A stretch of 62,360 bases of DNA, counting the filler, from Sphacelaria rigidula (Eukaryota): assembly GCA_964200075.2 (NCBI GenBank). It is 11 parts of 11 records of this genome, joined end to end, with 100 filler letters (N's around TTAATTAATTAA, not from the genome) between each part and the next. Parts side by side here need not be neighbours in the genome. Positions count along the whole stretch, not along the records: positions 34,071 to 39,648 come from CAXNAA020026158.1; positions 39,749 to 45,326 come from CAXNAA020026159.1; positions 45,427 to 51,004 come from CAXNAA020026160.1; positions 51,105 to 56,682 come from CAXNAA020026161.1; 7 more parts are not named here. One strand, given 5' to 3'. Of this stretch, positions 39,026 through 51,852 are shown one piece after another. The stretch's first letter is position 1, and every line of letters starts with the position of its first letter. Under the pieces are notes generated by a model, which was not told where the DNA came from, did not search any database, and worked only from the letters and a program-made list of their open reading frames with translations. Made by a program: the position numbers and the translations under genes.

Positions 39026-39327
39026 GTCGCCCCGGTGGCTCAGTTGGTAACCTCGAAACCTCCTGACGGTTGGGTCGTGGGTTCAATTCTNNNNNNNNNN
39101 GTAGTGGGTACGAAAAATTCAACTTAACGGTCGACGAAGGAAAGGGACTGCTGAACCCCTCTCACAATAAAACAAAAAGGCAAGCACCGCAGGAGGAAGG
39201 TGGGGTACTAAAAACAAGTAAAAAAGAAAAAGCTCCTGTGTGGACCTTCCTCCTGTGTGCCCCCGGCTGATGCGCCGACATATATCGAAAGGTGTAGACT
39301 GGCGTCCAGAATAGATTGGACAACACA
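39026..39327 (+). mobile_element. tRNA-derived SINE copy (contains a 10-N gap)
   Basis: Head GTCGCCCCGGTGGCTCAGTTGGTAACCTCGAAACC...GGGTTCAATT and conserved tail GGCTGATGCGCC...GAAAGGTGTAGACTGGCGTCCAGAATA. Confidence 0.85.
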
Positions 39328-40592
39328 GTAACGCAATCTACGATTTCTTACTCCCATATTCCTTGGTGGTGCATGCGCAGATTGGAAGTAGCCCTTCGTA
39401 TTCGCGGCGAGAACACTGGAGATCGAGCCCAATCCACGCCTACTTGCACCTTAAAAAAACCTCGCTCCCCCCTTCACCCTCTGATGGCCAAACAAAGAAG
39501 TGATACCCTACCCTTTCCTGTTTACTGCGCTACGACTTCCTCTCGATGGTGACGGTAGATCATCCCCCCCCCCCCCCCACCCGGCTTTGTAGGGATGCGA
39601 GGTCAACGGTCTGATGACTATGGCAGGCATGATCATGAGTACACCCCCNNNNNNNNNNNNNNNNNNNNNNNNNNNNNNNNNNNNNNNNNNNNTTAATTAA
39701 TTAANNNNNNNNNNNNNNNNNNNNNNNNNNNNNNNNNNNNNNNNNNNNGGGTGTGGGGGGGGGTGGTCGGTGGTGGGGGGGGGGGGGAGGGGGGGAGTGG
39801 TCGAGCCGTTGGGGTTAGTATGATATCAGGAAAATCGTTCACGTTTTGTGGACCATCGGAAAATCATATCACTTGGTTCTAGTGGAAGGCTTCTGACTGC
39901 TTGAGGTTTTCATGGAGTTCATCTGTACTTACTTTGATGGGGCGATTGGCGCAAGACAGTACATAGCGCGAAGCGCACAAGCATAAAGAGCAAGGTCTAC
40001 AGACCGCAGCGTTCTTGGGTTGTGAGAGCATTGCAGGCGCCACTACTGCAGCCTGCAGCCTGCAGTCGATGTTCTGAACAGCCGTTTAGTAAATCAATAC
40101 GGAAAACTACACCGCAAAAAGTTGACACTTGGCTCGCGAACTGTTGTAAGTTGGCTCCCGAGTAAATCCTGTCGTATGTTTATCAAGACATTTTTCTGCG
40201 ATATTCACGTTCTTAATCCAGTGTAAAGTTATCGAGATGGCTCATCAGTGATACGATCGACACCACTAGGCGGAGATGGAAACAACATCTACTGCGTGCA
40301 GTGGAGGGCAATGCCACACTACCGATTGGTTTGCGCCGTTGTACGCAGTCACCTCTAATTCCCGACTCCAAAGACTTCTTCTTGCCGTCCTCGAGCAAGC
40401 TTTCAGCTCCAAGCATCACTTCAATCTAAAACCCAAATTCGAAGGGCTTTTCATGATCCGTGCATCCCACGTCAAGATGAATCAGCGTTACGAAATACAT
40501 TTCCTACGGTCAACGAAGGTCATCTGTACGACCTCTGTTGACGCGGTCTGGGTTCTGTCTTTTCATTGTATAACGATCTTCGTTTTTGCTAG

Positions 40593-40697
40593 GTTGGGAC
40601 AGTATGAAGCTTGGCGGTTCCTCGGCATACGGGTGAAGCTGGCCCTGCGCAAGTTCCAGCGGGCTATCCAGAAGATCGGAGCGGAGTTGGAGCAACA
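40593..40697 (+). CDS. Isolated 105-nt exon, possibly a lipoxygenase C-terminal segment
   Basis: Acceptor TTTTTGCTAG, donor GTGAGT and GC3-rich codons. The peptide LGQYEAWRFLGIRVKLALRKFQRAIQKIGAELEQ resembles the LGxY...F...A.xxFQxxLxxIxxxI helix region of lipoxygenases (by eye only). Confidence 0.4.
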
Positions 40698-41146
40698 GTG
40701 AGTCAGCCAAGAGTAGTCTTACACACTTCAATGTTCCGAATACCCTCCAACATATTCAGATTTCACAACCTTCACAGCTTGAGACAAAGATGAACGCACG
40801 TCCGTGATTTCAACTCCGTCGGGGTTCGACAAATGGCCAGACTTCGCGGAAACGTTCACATTTCATCCACCGATATATTGTAATCGTCAAAGTCCCAAGC
40901 AGGGCGATAGTGAAGCTACTCCTGAGAGTGACAACGATGTCATGGAGCTCACCGCGTCAATGCTGGCGTCTCCCGTAGCTTGACTGCAACACTTGTAGCT
41001 ATATATTCGTTGCTGCTATAAACTACTGTAAGTACACGGTTCCACCTGTACGAGGAGGATACATTAGTCCCCTTGTTAGAGATCATAACTCATCTTCCCA
41101 TAGACACATGCATGGAAGCATCCTCCCAGGCATTTTTAATTCCTCC

Positions 41147-41226
41147 TGTCCAGGGAGCGAACAGTCTACCCATTGAACTAGTGAGCGCTCACTGGTTCAA
41201 TGGGTAAACTGTTCGCTTCCTGGACA
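41147..41226. repeat. 80-bp near-perfect palindrome (40-bp arms, no spacer)
   Basis: TGTCCAGGGAGCGAACAGTCTACCCATTGAACTAGTGAGC|GCTCACTGGTTCAATGGGTAAACTGTTCGCTTCCTGGACA, with 3 transition mismatches. Confidence 0.95.
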
Positions 41227-44200
41227 CCGCCTTCCCTCAGCACCCGCCAGCTAAACTGCCATAACTTCCCCCATCCTGACAACTTCGCTTGCAACTGAGC
41301 AATTAATAAAAAACGCAATATGGGCATGCGGATCCTTCCCCTACTTGCCTCGCGGGTAAGCACCTGGCAACGAAGAAAGTATCTGACACATCATGCTTGG
41401 TTCCCAGTGAGTCTTATCCATACTTCGTTGTCATCGCCTTCGAATTGGTCAAGAGTCGGCGACGTGAAGTGAAGCGAAAAGAAAGCAAGGGAGCTCCATC
41501 AGCCCCCGCTTGCGGCTAAAATCACCCGTGCATGTCGGTAGGAAACGTTCCTCGAAAGCACACCGTACTATTGTATCAGACTGCCCTCGCGGGTGTTCCA
41601 GATTTTGTACTGATAAAAACGTCAATTTTCGTAGTGGCAATTGCTGTCTAGATTTCCTGTGCTTTGCAAAGAGATAACCTTGCAGGGCATTTGCAGCAAT
41701 AACCTGCTGTCGGTCAAGTAGGAAAGAAGCAGAGAGAATAAGTAGCATCATCGCACAGACTCGAAACCGTCAATACCATTCTGATCCCTTTTGTTTGCTA
41801 TACTAGTTTCGGTTCCGTGCACCGCAATTACTCCCCTGTTCGTGCGGTTTATCTCGATTTGATCGCAATAATGTGCGTAATTACATCGATGCTCTTCCTC
41901 TCCAGCTCCCTGTTTCGATCATCAATCGAACCATCAAAACGCAGAGCCCATTGCATACACTTCTGTGTATATCAGAGAGGAGGTATCACCTTTGCCCGCT
42001 CTTGCTGCTTGTAGGATATCTCTTTGTAGCGTGACAAACGGACAACATATACACGAACGATCCGCTCGGCAATACCACCCTCACGTCTACGGTCGGAATG
42101 ATACTTGAGTTCGTTATTGGCATGCACAAGTCTCCATCGACCTTTCCTTCACGCCGTTGTTTGGTACAATGCTGCAGGAACGCACGAGTGGCAGCTATCT
42201 GGAAATCCCGCGGCAAACCGACGGAGAAAGCTCTCAACTTCCGCTACGTTACTCTTCTGCCGCGGAATATTCCCCAATCTATCAACATCTAAAGTAACTG
42301 TGAAACTCAGCTTGTGTAAAATTCCACACGTCGGACACGCTCATGAGCTACCGACTTATTACTTATCAGTGTGCTGATCCAATTCATGAGCTAGCTCATT
42401 TGGGCCCTTTTTCCGTGGTTGCTCCCTTTAGCGCTGGACGCCGGACACTCGGAGTAGCGCAAAGGCACGGCGTTCGATTTCTCGTACCCTGATGTCACGT
42501 GGTTTGTGTCCCTGGGTAACGGATGCAAGAGTCCTCTTCGACTGTTTATTTTAGGTGGCTCATGAGCTGTCCGACGTGTGGAAAATTTGTCTACAGTTCC
42601 GCCGCGCCCCGTTGGTCTGAATTAAAATGGTACAATTGGCATCATTATCGCGGCGCGGGGAAAAGGCGGGCTCGCTCCGCGTTACTCTCTGAACTCTCGT
42701 TAGGTACAGTGTGGTCACTCTCCAACTCCTACTGAGAGAAATGGTCGGATATTGTGTGTAAAATGGGTGGAAATCTTGTAAACCGCAGTTTTGCACAACG
42801 TTATGATACTTTCATTGGAATATATGTCCGGACTGGATCCTTGGACATGTCGGTAATGTTGAAGGCGGATTGATTCAGGGTGCTGTACGTAAGTGGAGCA
42901 ATCAGCAACTCGGGGTTGTAGCATGGTATCTGTACCGCATATGTCACGAGGAATCCTCACGGCGTCACTTGTTCTTTACTTTCGGGGGACATTTGGGATG
43001 AATATTTGAGCTCTGGGGGAGCGTACGTGCGGTATGTGCGTGATTGATGAGTGAAGAGTGTAAGTGAAATTAATTCAAGAAGATTATGCCCTTTTCCCTC
43101 TGTGAAGAGTACCTCATGCAAGAGGCTATCGATTCGTACGGAAGGCGTCTTTTCGGGCATGGCAAATACCAAAGCGTTGTAACAAAACGTTGTGTTGGTG
43201 TATCCTTTTGTATGCTAGGCATGGGATCCTTGACCGAAAATGTGCTGATTGTGGACTAAGTACATACCGGCTAAAATGAACCCTGTTGCGGTGCACGGCA
43301 CGCGGTTGATTGAAAATAAGATTGGCTGGGAGATCCCGAGCTTTGGGTAGGTAAACGTTTTCGAGGAAATAATCGGAATGTGGCACATGGGTAATTTCGG
43401 AATGATTCCGCGGAGAAGTGCTGCTTTGTTGTCGTTGCTGTTGTTGTTGTTGTTATATATCGATAGGAACACGCAGGTTAACTGCGCATATACAGCTTTT
43501 GCCTTCGTAGTTCAATTTTTTTCATACGTCGGCCATCTCTTTCTGTGCGTTGTTTTTGTTGTTTTCCTTCTTTCTTTTTTTCTTCCACGCCTTAGTCTAC
43601 TATGTCGTTCTGTTCGACTTTTTTCTGTTCCTTCGTTTTCTTGAACGAGTGTTTCAGTTTTGGTTTTGTTGGGTACGTCTATCATGCCACCACGGCTGGA
43701 CCCATGGGTGGTCAGTTAAAGTGCAACAATCAATCAATAATCAAATCAGTCAAGCATCGAATCAATCAATCAGTTGCTATGTTTCCTTGTGTTCGAACGA
43801 CCGCATCATGTTACATAATTAACCCCATGATGGTTTGGACGGACGGATCCTCAGGTAGATACATTGCACGCTCCTAACAGTTGCTGGCGGCGTCTACCAG
43901 ACGCGCTCGGCGGAGTGCCCGTGTTTACGATGTGCAACTTCTTGAAGAAATCGTTCTGCGTGGTATGATACAGAGAGTTTTCCCATCTACGACGGGCGCC
44001 TCCTCCTTCAGAGTGATGCTACGGTAGGGTTGCAGTTTTTGAGCAAAAGTATTTCTCGGGGTGTTGCACGGATCATTTTGACAATCGGCATCATTTTCAC
44101 TTGAAAAAGACTGAAAATAATGCCGATTCACGAAAAAGCCCCTGTATGCATCTCCATGTCCGGTCCTCGGAGATTTAGGTCGCACAGTAAGCCCAATATA

Positions 44201-45426
44201 TTTGGGCTCCTACAAAAATGAGACCCAGAAACAAAAGGTGCAACCTCTATCCTAGCATTGCTCTTCAATGGTTCCAGTGGAGCGGACAGATTTGCGCCAT
44301 ACAACTTATTTATGTGCCGTATTTGTGAACCGGAGGATACTCGAACGCTCCTTGTCCCGCGCCTCCCTGTTTTCAGTACAGTTTGGCGACAGATTCAGCA
44401 CCACAACGGTCAGTGATATAAACCCTTCTGGGCTAGCAGCACCCTTTTCAGCTAGGCAACATCCATGAAACTGGGCGATATTCCAGCATCCCCTTCAGAT
44501 CTTCTGCGAAGGAACCCAAGATGTTGGCAGCTTGTCCCCGTCTCATGTCTGCACATACATGTCCGGGAGATATGCCCCCTTTACATCCCATCCCTGGGTC
44601 TGTAGTACTTGTACGTCGGCGACGTGTTTGTTATACCCGTTCTGTTTGATGAGTCTGAAGACGACCTGTACCCTCGCCCCCCTTGATTCTGAAAGTGGTT
44701 TGAATGCAACGGGACGTGATGACCAAAGAGTAGTTCACGTCCTCGAACTTTACCACATTTCAATGTATGCTGAGGCGGGCGGCCACTCTAGCGGTCATTT
44801 GTTTCCAGCAGAATCGCATCCCATTGTTTCTCTTCCGTCAGCCCTCACTGCTCAGTGTTGCCCACCATGCAAGTGACGCTGTATTTTGCTTTCACAAACA
44901 CTTGTGAACATCCCTGTGATGATATAATGAGAAGGTGGCTAGCTCTAGGCAATTCGTCAACCCAAACGCAATATACTGTAACAGCGGATTCTCAAAATCG
45001 GGTTGAGCAAAGGAATGAAGGTCAACTCAAGAGGACACTTTCTACGGTAGCCCCCCCCCAAAAGTGCATGGTTTTGGGAGGCAAAATCTTCACGTAAATC
45101 GAAATGGGAAAAGCGAAGCACAACGAGTAGCTGGAAGTTCCCATGCTTGGGTTCGTTCTAGCCAATGTCGCCAATATGAGGCGCTTCATGCAGCCTGGAC
45201 CCAAACATCAGGCAACAGGGGGTTCTATGTAAAACAACAAAGTGTGCGAATTGAGGTTTAACTCCGAGATGAAGTTCAAGCCTTTTACAGTGCTTTCCCC
45301 ACACTCTCAGCGATGGTGCCCAATGANNNNNNNNNNNNNNNNNNNNNNNNNNNNNNNNNNNNNNNNNNNNTTAATTAATTAANNNNNNNNNNNNNNNNNN
45401 NNNNNNNNNNNNNNNNNNNNNNNNNN

Positions 45427-46471
45427 CTTCGATCAGCATGGCCGCGCTGCCTCCCACCTCTGGTCCGGCTGCTGCAGTGATCAGCTCCGTCATCTCGCAC
45501 TTATCCTCTGCCATTCCATACAGCACAGTCTCCACTTGAGCTCTCGCCTGATTCCTCGCCAGCGCAGCGCGAAGGAAAATATCGTTTCTTTCCCTCGCCA
45601 TCATTCTGTCCAGTTCATCCTCTGCCACCGATGCTAGCTCGTTTTGGTCGGCTGCCGCTCTCGTCGCACTGCGCGTGTGACCTGCCGTTTGTGGAGGCAG
45701 AGACAATTTATCGTCGAGTGCAAGACGGCGTAGCTCCGTCCTTGGGATTTCGGGAGCTCCACCACCCCCCCCGTCGTTGCGCTCGGGGGTGTCTACGGTT
45801 GTCGGTGTTGTTGCTGTCGGCGTTGGCGGCGGCGTTTTTTCTGTCGGCGTCGGCGGCGGTGATGTTGCTGTGGGCGGCAGCGTTGCTGTTGGCGGCGGCG
45901 TTGCTGTTGGCGGCGGCGTTGCTGTTGGCGGCGGCGGCGGCGATGTTGCTGTCGGCGGCGATATGGCTGTCGGTGGCGATGTGGCTGTCGGCGGCGATCC
46001 CCCGTCATCAATGAGATGTCGGACAGGGTTGAGAAAAATCCCGCGCCCCCCCCCCCCGCCAATAGCGGGGGTCTGTTGTGCCGCTTCTGCGTCTAGCTCT
46101 GGGTTGGGGAGCAAGAACGACACGTGCCGTGAACCGCGGGGTGAAGCACGTGCCGCTGAAGTTTGCCGAACCGCGGACTCGCTGCCGGCCCTCCCTCCCT
46201 CGATCTTGTCATCCCTTGCTCCGTCGGGCGTCGGGATCGCTTGATCATCCTCGCTTTCGACGACGCCACTCCACCTCGCGCCTCCGGAGTCTCGACCTTC
46301 GGTGCCATCTACCCTACCCCGTATTACAGTTTGTGTAGATTATACATCTTTTACCATCTCTGTCAGTGTGTTAAACTGACCACTGAACAGCTTCATCATA
46401 CTTTCAATTTGACTTATCAGCCCGTCTAGCCTTTCTTCTGAAGACGGAGCGTTACCATCGTTCCTAGCCAT
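45427..46471 (-). mobile_element. Probable internally deleted Ty1/copia remnant: gag-like start (MARNDGNAPSSEERLDGL) joined to a Pro/Thr-rich integrase-RT spacer
   Basis: Low-complexity PPTAT repeats followed by ELRRLAL..GHTRSATRA resemble the spacer in the copia copy at 23700-24300. The contig ends before RT. Confidence 0.5.
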
Positions 46472-47136
46472 ACTTGCCCAATCGATTGATCACTCACTAG
46501 TGTATTCCTTGGCTCAGGCACAGGGTAATGGTTTCAGATCTTTTATTGAAGAGTACCCAAGTTCTACTATAACTTGGGAGAGTGCTGATGAGATGGGGGT
46601 AGATGAATGAGAATGATCAAGGGGGGCGGACTGCTCCGCTGCTCTCAGCTGTACTGTACCACATTTGCACACACTTGACTATCGGTACTCGTACGTCACC
46701 CCGACCCCCGGTTCTACGTAGATCCAGCATTACTGGGTATCTGAATCACTGGAACATTGACCCACCTCGATCAGTTACTGGGTTTGCCTTGGTCTTCTTT
46801 GGGCCATCACTACTCTCTGCTCCTATAGCTGCGCCGCGGCTGTGCTGAGGAAGAGAGCTGCTTGTAGATATAACATGATGCTATGAAACACGTGGATTCC
46901 CAGCCAGCAGCCTATACATGGATGAACCTACGGTGTGATTGTTCATGATGGATAGCTATAGGTCGTACGGTGTGCCCACGTGAGAGCTTGGTTAGCTGGA
47001 ACCAATGGTATCTCCTGGTACTCGTACTGAGAGACCTCAGCCAGTGCATTAGCTATCCCATCGTAATAACAATTGGCATCGACGGCAGGATCGCTTCTGA
47101 TTTTTTCAGGATGCTGACAGAGTCCCACTGACGGCC

Positions 47137-50100
47137 TTTTGTACCTCGTCCGGACTCTATGAGTGGGTTCGAATGCCACAAGGTGCCGCCACTGCCCCGG
47201 AATGCTTTCAACGCTTAATGCAACGCGTCGCCGAGGGCCTCGAGCACATCATTATATACCTGGATGACGCTATCGCTTTCGATGCCTCACCTATTGTACA
47301 TTTCCGCACTCTACGAGAATTTCTCTCTCGCCTACGCACGCACGATTTGAAACTGTCTCAATCCAAAGCTCGTCTTGGTGCGACTGACTTGGATTTTTTG
47401 AGGCATTCCATTTCGCCAGCAGGCCTGCATCCGGATACAAAGTTAAGACGATGACTGACTTGCCGATGTCAACTAACATTTCTCAACTTCGCTCATTGTC
47501 GGGCGGGCTATCCTACTACCGCATTTTTTGCCGAATTTATCTAAACGGATTCGCCCCCTTACTGAGTTACTCAAGAAAGGAGGTGTGTTTTCCTTCAGAA
47601 GCGAAATGGAGAATATCGCCCGCGAAATACTCAAGACGCTTACCGAAAAGCCAGTACTCTGCTTTCCTGATTGGGGGGCAGTACAAGATGGCTCCTGCCT
47701 TTTCCAACTCCACACAGACGCCAGCACAAACGGATTTGGAAGAGTTTTGAATCAACCTCAGATTGATGGCTCCGTCCGACCCATCCTCTATATCAGCCGC
47801 GCTACCCTGCCCAAGGAGGCCAATTGGAGCCCCCTAGAACTCGAAGGCTGAGTAATCACTTGGGCCATTGAGCGTTGTTGACTGTATCTATTTGACGTGC
47901 CCTTTGAGATCTATGCAGATCACGGAGCACTCGAACAACTCGCCAAGGTTGGCTAACACAACCCGCGTGTACAACGATGGTTGGAGTTTCTCACAGGATA
48001 CCGGTATACCATTAAGCACCGTCCAGGCAAAACCAACGGGAAAGCTGATCTCCTTTCTCACTTATCCCTACCGCCTACGGCCGCAGATTCCAGCCCGGCT
48101 TGCCGTTTGACGGAACCCGATGGACCTGGAATTTACGCGATTGGACGTTTTTCAACGCCCGTTTACGCCCTCGACCTCCAGTGCCCGGAAACCGGTATGC
48201 ATATGGGAGGACCTCGCCCTCTACGATATGACGCCGTCTTGGGTGGGTTAAAGCCCACTACCTCCGATTTTGCCGATTTCCGCACTAACGGTACTCGCGC
48301 GAAGCTCTTCGCGGAGACACCTCCAGTCACCCACCTAATCTCCGACAACATCCGCTCCCAGTCTGCCGCCCGCACCACCCCGAGTGTGCCGCCGCCGCCG
48401 GTAACACCTACAAATTCCACGAGCCACGCAGCACAACTTCCACGGACCAGCACGCAACGCTCCGCGAAAACCCCTGCAAAGTGCACCACGCGCCACGGAC
48501 AATCTTCGCCGCGCACTGATACAGCCCCGCCGCCCATAACGGCGCCGCCAACATCTACCGCTCCCGAGCACGGAGCTGACGACTTAGCTCCTGCTTCCGG
48601 GACAGATATTGACGTCGGTATTCCTGCCCCGTCGTCTATTTCCCCGCCGCCTGCCCCACAATGTTTGGTCGGCTCGCCAGCGGAAGGTCAACTTCGCGAG
48701 CTTCTCGCCAGCTACTCTCACCGCGTTTGGGCTCCCGAACAAAACGCAGCAGCGCTATGTCGCGCAGCCATCCGGTACTTACAACTCGACCGTCTGGTCC
48801 AGTCCCGTTTCCATCCACACATCTGGCCCTGATTGGCACACTGCCACCACCAGTTATTTCTGACGTATACGAGCTCGTGCGCAAAGGCACTATTTTTACT
48901 ACGGATGACGGTGTGCAACTACTCGTGCGCCGGCACACGCCTTTGACAGGCGCAATTTCCGCCTCAACCACGGGACGCCACGCACGACTACTCGATAACG
49001 AGCCAACGCGCATATATGTCCCATTATTAATGCGCCCCTGGGTCATAAAAGGCTGCCACACAGACTTGTCATGTCACCTTGGCGTCACCCACATCCCAGC
49101 ACTCTTGGAACGCTTCTCCTGGTGGGTTGGCATGGAAATTTCCACCCGCTTCTGGATTCAGCGATGCTTCAAATGCCAAGCCCGAAAGACTTCACGACAG
49201 AAAGTACGCTGGCCCGTCATCTCTATGGGACTCCCCGACGAGCCAGGCCACCTCGTGTCCTTTGACTACTTTGGCCCTCTACCGACCACAGGTCGCGGCA
49301 ACACCTACATCTTACTCTTCACTGACCGCTTCAGCCGCCACGCGTCCATGTACGCGGTAACCGCCGCAGATTTCACTGCCGCCAGAACGGCCGACATATT
49401 GGTCCACGATTACATTAGTCACTACGGTTGCCCAAAGCGACTCCTTTCAGACAATGGTCAGCAATTTTGCTCAGATCTCTTTGATAAGCTTTACAAGCTC
49501 CTGGGCATCCGCAAAATTGCCACGAATGCCTATCACCCGAACGGTAACGGTGGTACCGAAAGAGTTGATCACACCATGGCCCAGATGCTCTCTATGGTTG
49601 TCAATGACCGCCAAAATGACTGGGACCTACATCTCTCGCACATCATGTTGTCCTACAACAACTCGATTAACGCCGCCACAGGCCTTTCTCCGAACGAAAT
49701 CCATCTTGGACATTACCCTCGGCTGCACATCACCGTGTTTGAGCGCTACACGTTCGACGGCCACCAAGGGTTGGATCAGGATCAGATATCCTACCACGAG
49801 CTAGCGCATGCACGACAACGCAAAGCGCTAACCCTCGTGCGCGAACAACACGCTATCAACGCCTCGCGCCTAGAGAGGTCTAACACTGCTCTCTATAACC
49901 TCATGCACAAACGCCTCAAATGGAAAATTGATGATTGGGTTTGGATCTACAACAGTTTGTCGACCATCCGCCAAGGCACCAGCAAGGCAGCCAACGAAAC
50001 AACTTTGAAAACAAAATTGTCCCTCAATTGGACAAGACCATTCAAGATCCTGACAGTCGGACCATCGTCATCACCACTGGATATAAAACCCGTTGGTGAC

Positions 50101-50893
50101 AAACTGCTCCATCTCGACTTGCCTCGCGACCTCCATGGCAAGGACACCAAGCCCCGCGTCTCCGTGCACAGATGCAAACCCCGCACGAACCCGCCTGATA
50201 CAACTGAAATGCCCAAGTACCTGCCTGCCGAACTCACACAATATGTTCTCAACAGCTACTCGACCAAGTCCCCGCCCTACCATGCTACAACCGACGACAT
50301 GACGGAACAGCCCCTTCGATTGACCGTGTCCACCATCTCTGGCCAACAGATAACCCGTGGTCGAGGTGGCAAAACTGCTGTCATGTACTTCGTATAAGAC
50401 ACGCTGGCAAGGTCTCCGCAGAGCGTCTTGGGAACGCAAATCCGACCTTCAATTGCACCGCCGTGCAATCCTCCTTTACTGGACGCAATCCCAACATCAG
50501 CATCTTGCTCACAACAAGAAATACCGCAACATGCGTCGTGGCGCACCAGCCCGCGAACTTCACTGCGATCAGAGACTACGCTTCGTCGCCGATGGTTACG
50601 AACTTGTACTCACCAAGACTTGTAAGGCTAAGTTCTTCGCAAACCAGCGAATACTGCCCAAGGGAAGCTACCTTTGGTTCAAAGGCAGCGATAACCTCTG
50701 GTAGTTGGGTCAGACCCACTCCGCTAACCTGGTTTCGGCCGACACATACATCGTGCGCTTCATCGATGACCCTGGACCCATGCAACTCAAGCTTCGGCCA
50801 GCACTATACACCACCAGCCCATCTGGACCACGCGGATCCTGGTGCCTCCAGCGCAACATCGATCGCATCCACGACGTCCGCGCCCCGCTTTGA
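47137..50893 (+). mobile_element. Ty3/gypsy (chromovirus-like) pol, degenerate: RT-RNaseH-integrase-chromodomain-extra C-terminal domain
   Basis: Motifs: GLYEWVRMPQG, IYLDD, LHTDAS.NGFG, NWSPLELE, CH..CHLG..CFKCQARK, VSFDYFGP, LLSDNGQQF, YHPNGNGGTE, NWTRPFKI, YKTRWQG..SWE and RGSWCLQR. Confidence 0.95.
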
Positions 50894-51104
50894 ACCACGC
50901 TCCTTCGTCGCAACTGTTCCCCGCCCCCATTTGCCTGGTCCGGCGAGAACCCGGCGTGCTCCGTCCCGGCTTTGTAGGGGTGGACCCCCGATGGGGTTGG
51001 CGTCNNNNNNNNNNNNNNNNNNNNNNNNNNNNNNNNNNNNNNNNNNNNTTAATTAATTAANNNNNNNNNNNNNNNNNNNNNNNNNNNNNNNNNNNNNNNN
51101 NNNN

Positions 51105-51852
51105 CGTCACACAAACCCAGTCGACTACTTTGTTCACTCACGTTCTGACGCTTTCCACGGTGGAAATCATATATTACGAAGAAAACACCGAACGCACCGG
51201 GAATCGGACCCCCGTTCTCTCCACCCTAATGGCAACAGTCGGACCATAAATCCACCGGGGCGCGGCGGTTGTAGCCTGCGACCACGGATGGCGTCTGCAT
51301 TAGATGCCCAGTACGAATGTACCGCGCAGATATCGCAACGGTTTTTTGATGTGAAGACAACAACATTTGTAGAAGTTGTCAGGCGTCTACCGGTTTCCAC
51401 GAGGGCTGTAAAGGGAAGGACTTCTACGGCGAAGATTACCGTCATGTAGAATGTTTGCACCAATCGTGTTGAGTCGTGATATCCTCATCCAACAGATGTG
51501 CAATGCACTGTACTGAAAGTATTGTTTCATCTCCCAACAGTCTCTCGCTCTGCTCAACTTCTGACGCTTTCCTGTCATGGCACTCTGACCCTGGCAACAA
51601 CAAGCATGTACTACAGTAGTGGGCGATCAAACTATTGATTTTGTGGCATTGTGTGATTTTTTCGTAATTGGCAATTTTCGTGGGCTCTTTTCGCTTGCTA
51701 CCGCTCATCACATTGGGAATCTGAACATATTTGTATCCGCTTGGCATTTCAAGAAAAAATTAAACACCTCTACTCAATATTGAGTAAGTTAAGGGCTAAC
51801 CGGTCATCGGGGGTCCTGCCACGTTTCGGCCCAGATTATTGCTCCTCGGTAT
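51105..51852 (-). mobile_element. 5' part of an interspersed element homologous to 34118-34650
   Basis: Reverse-complement colinear match, including the ACTCAATATTGAGT palindrome and CAATGTGATGAGCGGT..CAAGCGAAA. Confidence 0.65.

Noticed and set aside
39026..39090. Possible functional tRNA gene (also at 150-215, 21310-21379, 37205-37271)
   Set aside because: No proper acceptor or anticodon stems, the copies are variable, and each is fused to the same downstream body, so these are SINE heads.
39200..39315. Hammerhead- or HDV-like ribozyme in the SINE tail (CTGATG...CGAAA; GGGGTAC/GTGCCCC; TTCCTCC)
   Set aside because: The hammerhead core lacks A9 (CTGATGC) and stem I is only 2 bp; GAAA is better explained as a tetraloop. 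HDV P2 and P3 cannot be formed consistently.
41449..45000. Possible decayed Fanzor/TnpB or LINE coding remnants on the minus strand
   Set aside because: No convincing RuvC, zinc-finger or RT motif series could be read; only an isolated FAEDL-like word near 44500.
45427..46244. Extensin/mucin-like PPTAT protein or antisense Gly/Val-rich protein
   Set aside because: A low-complexity 18-bp repeat better explained as a copia integrase-RT spacer.
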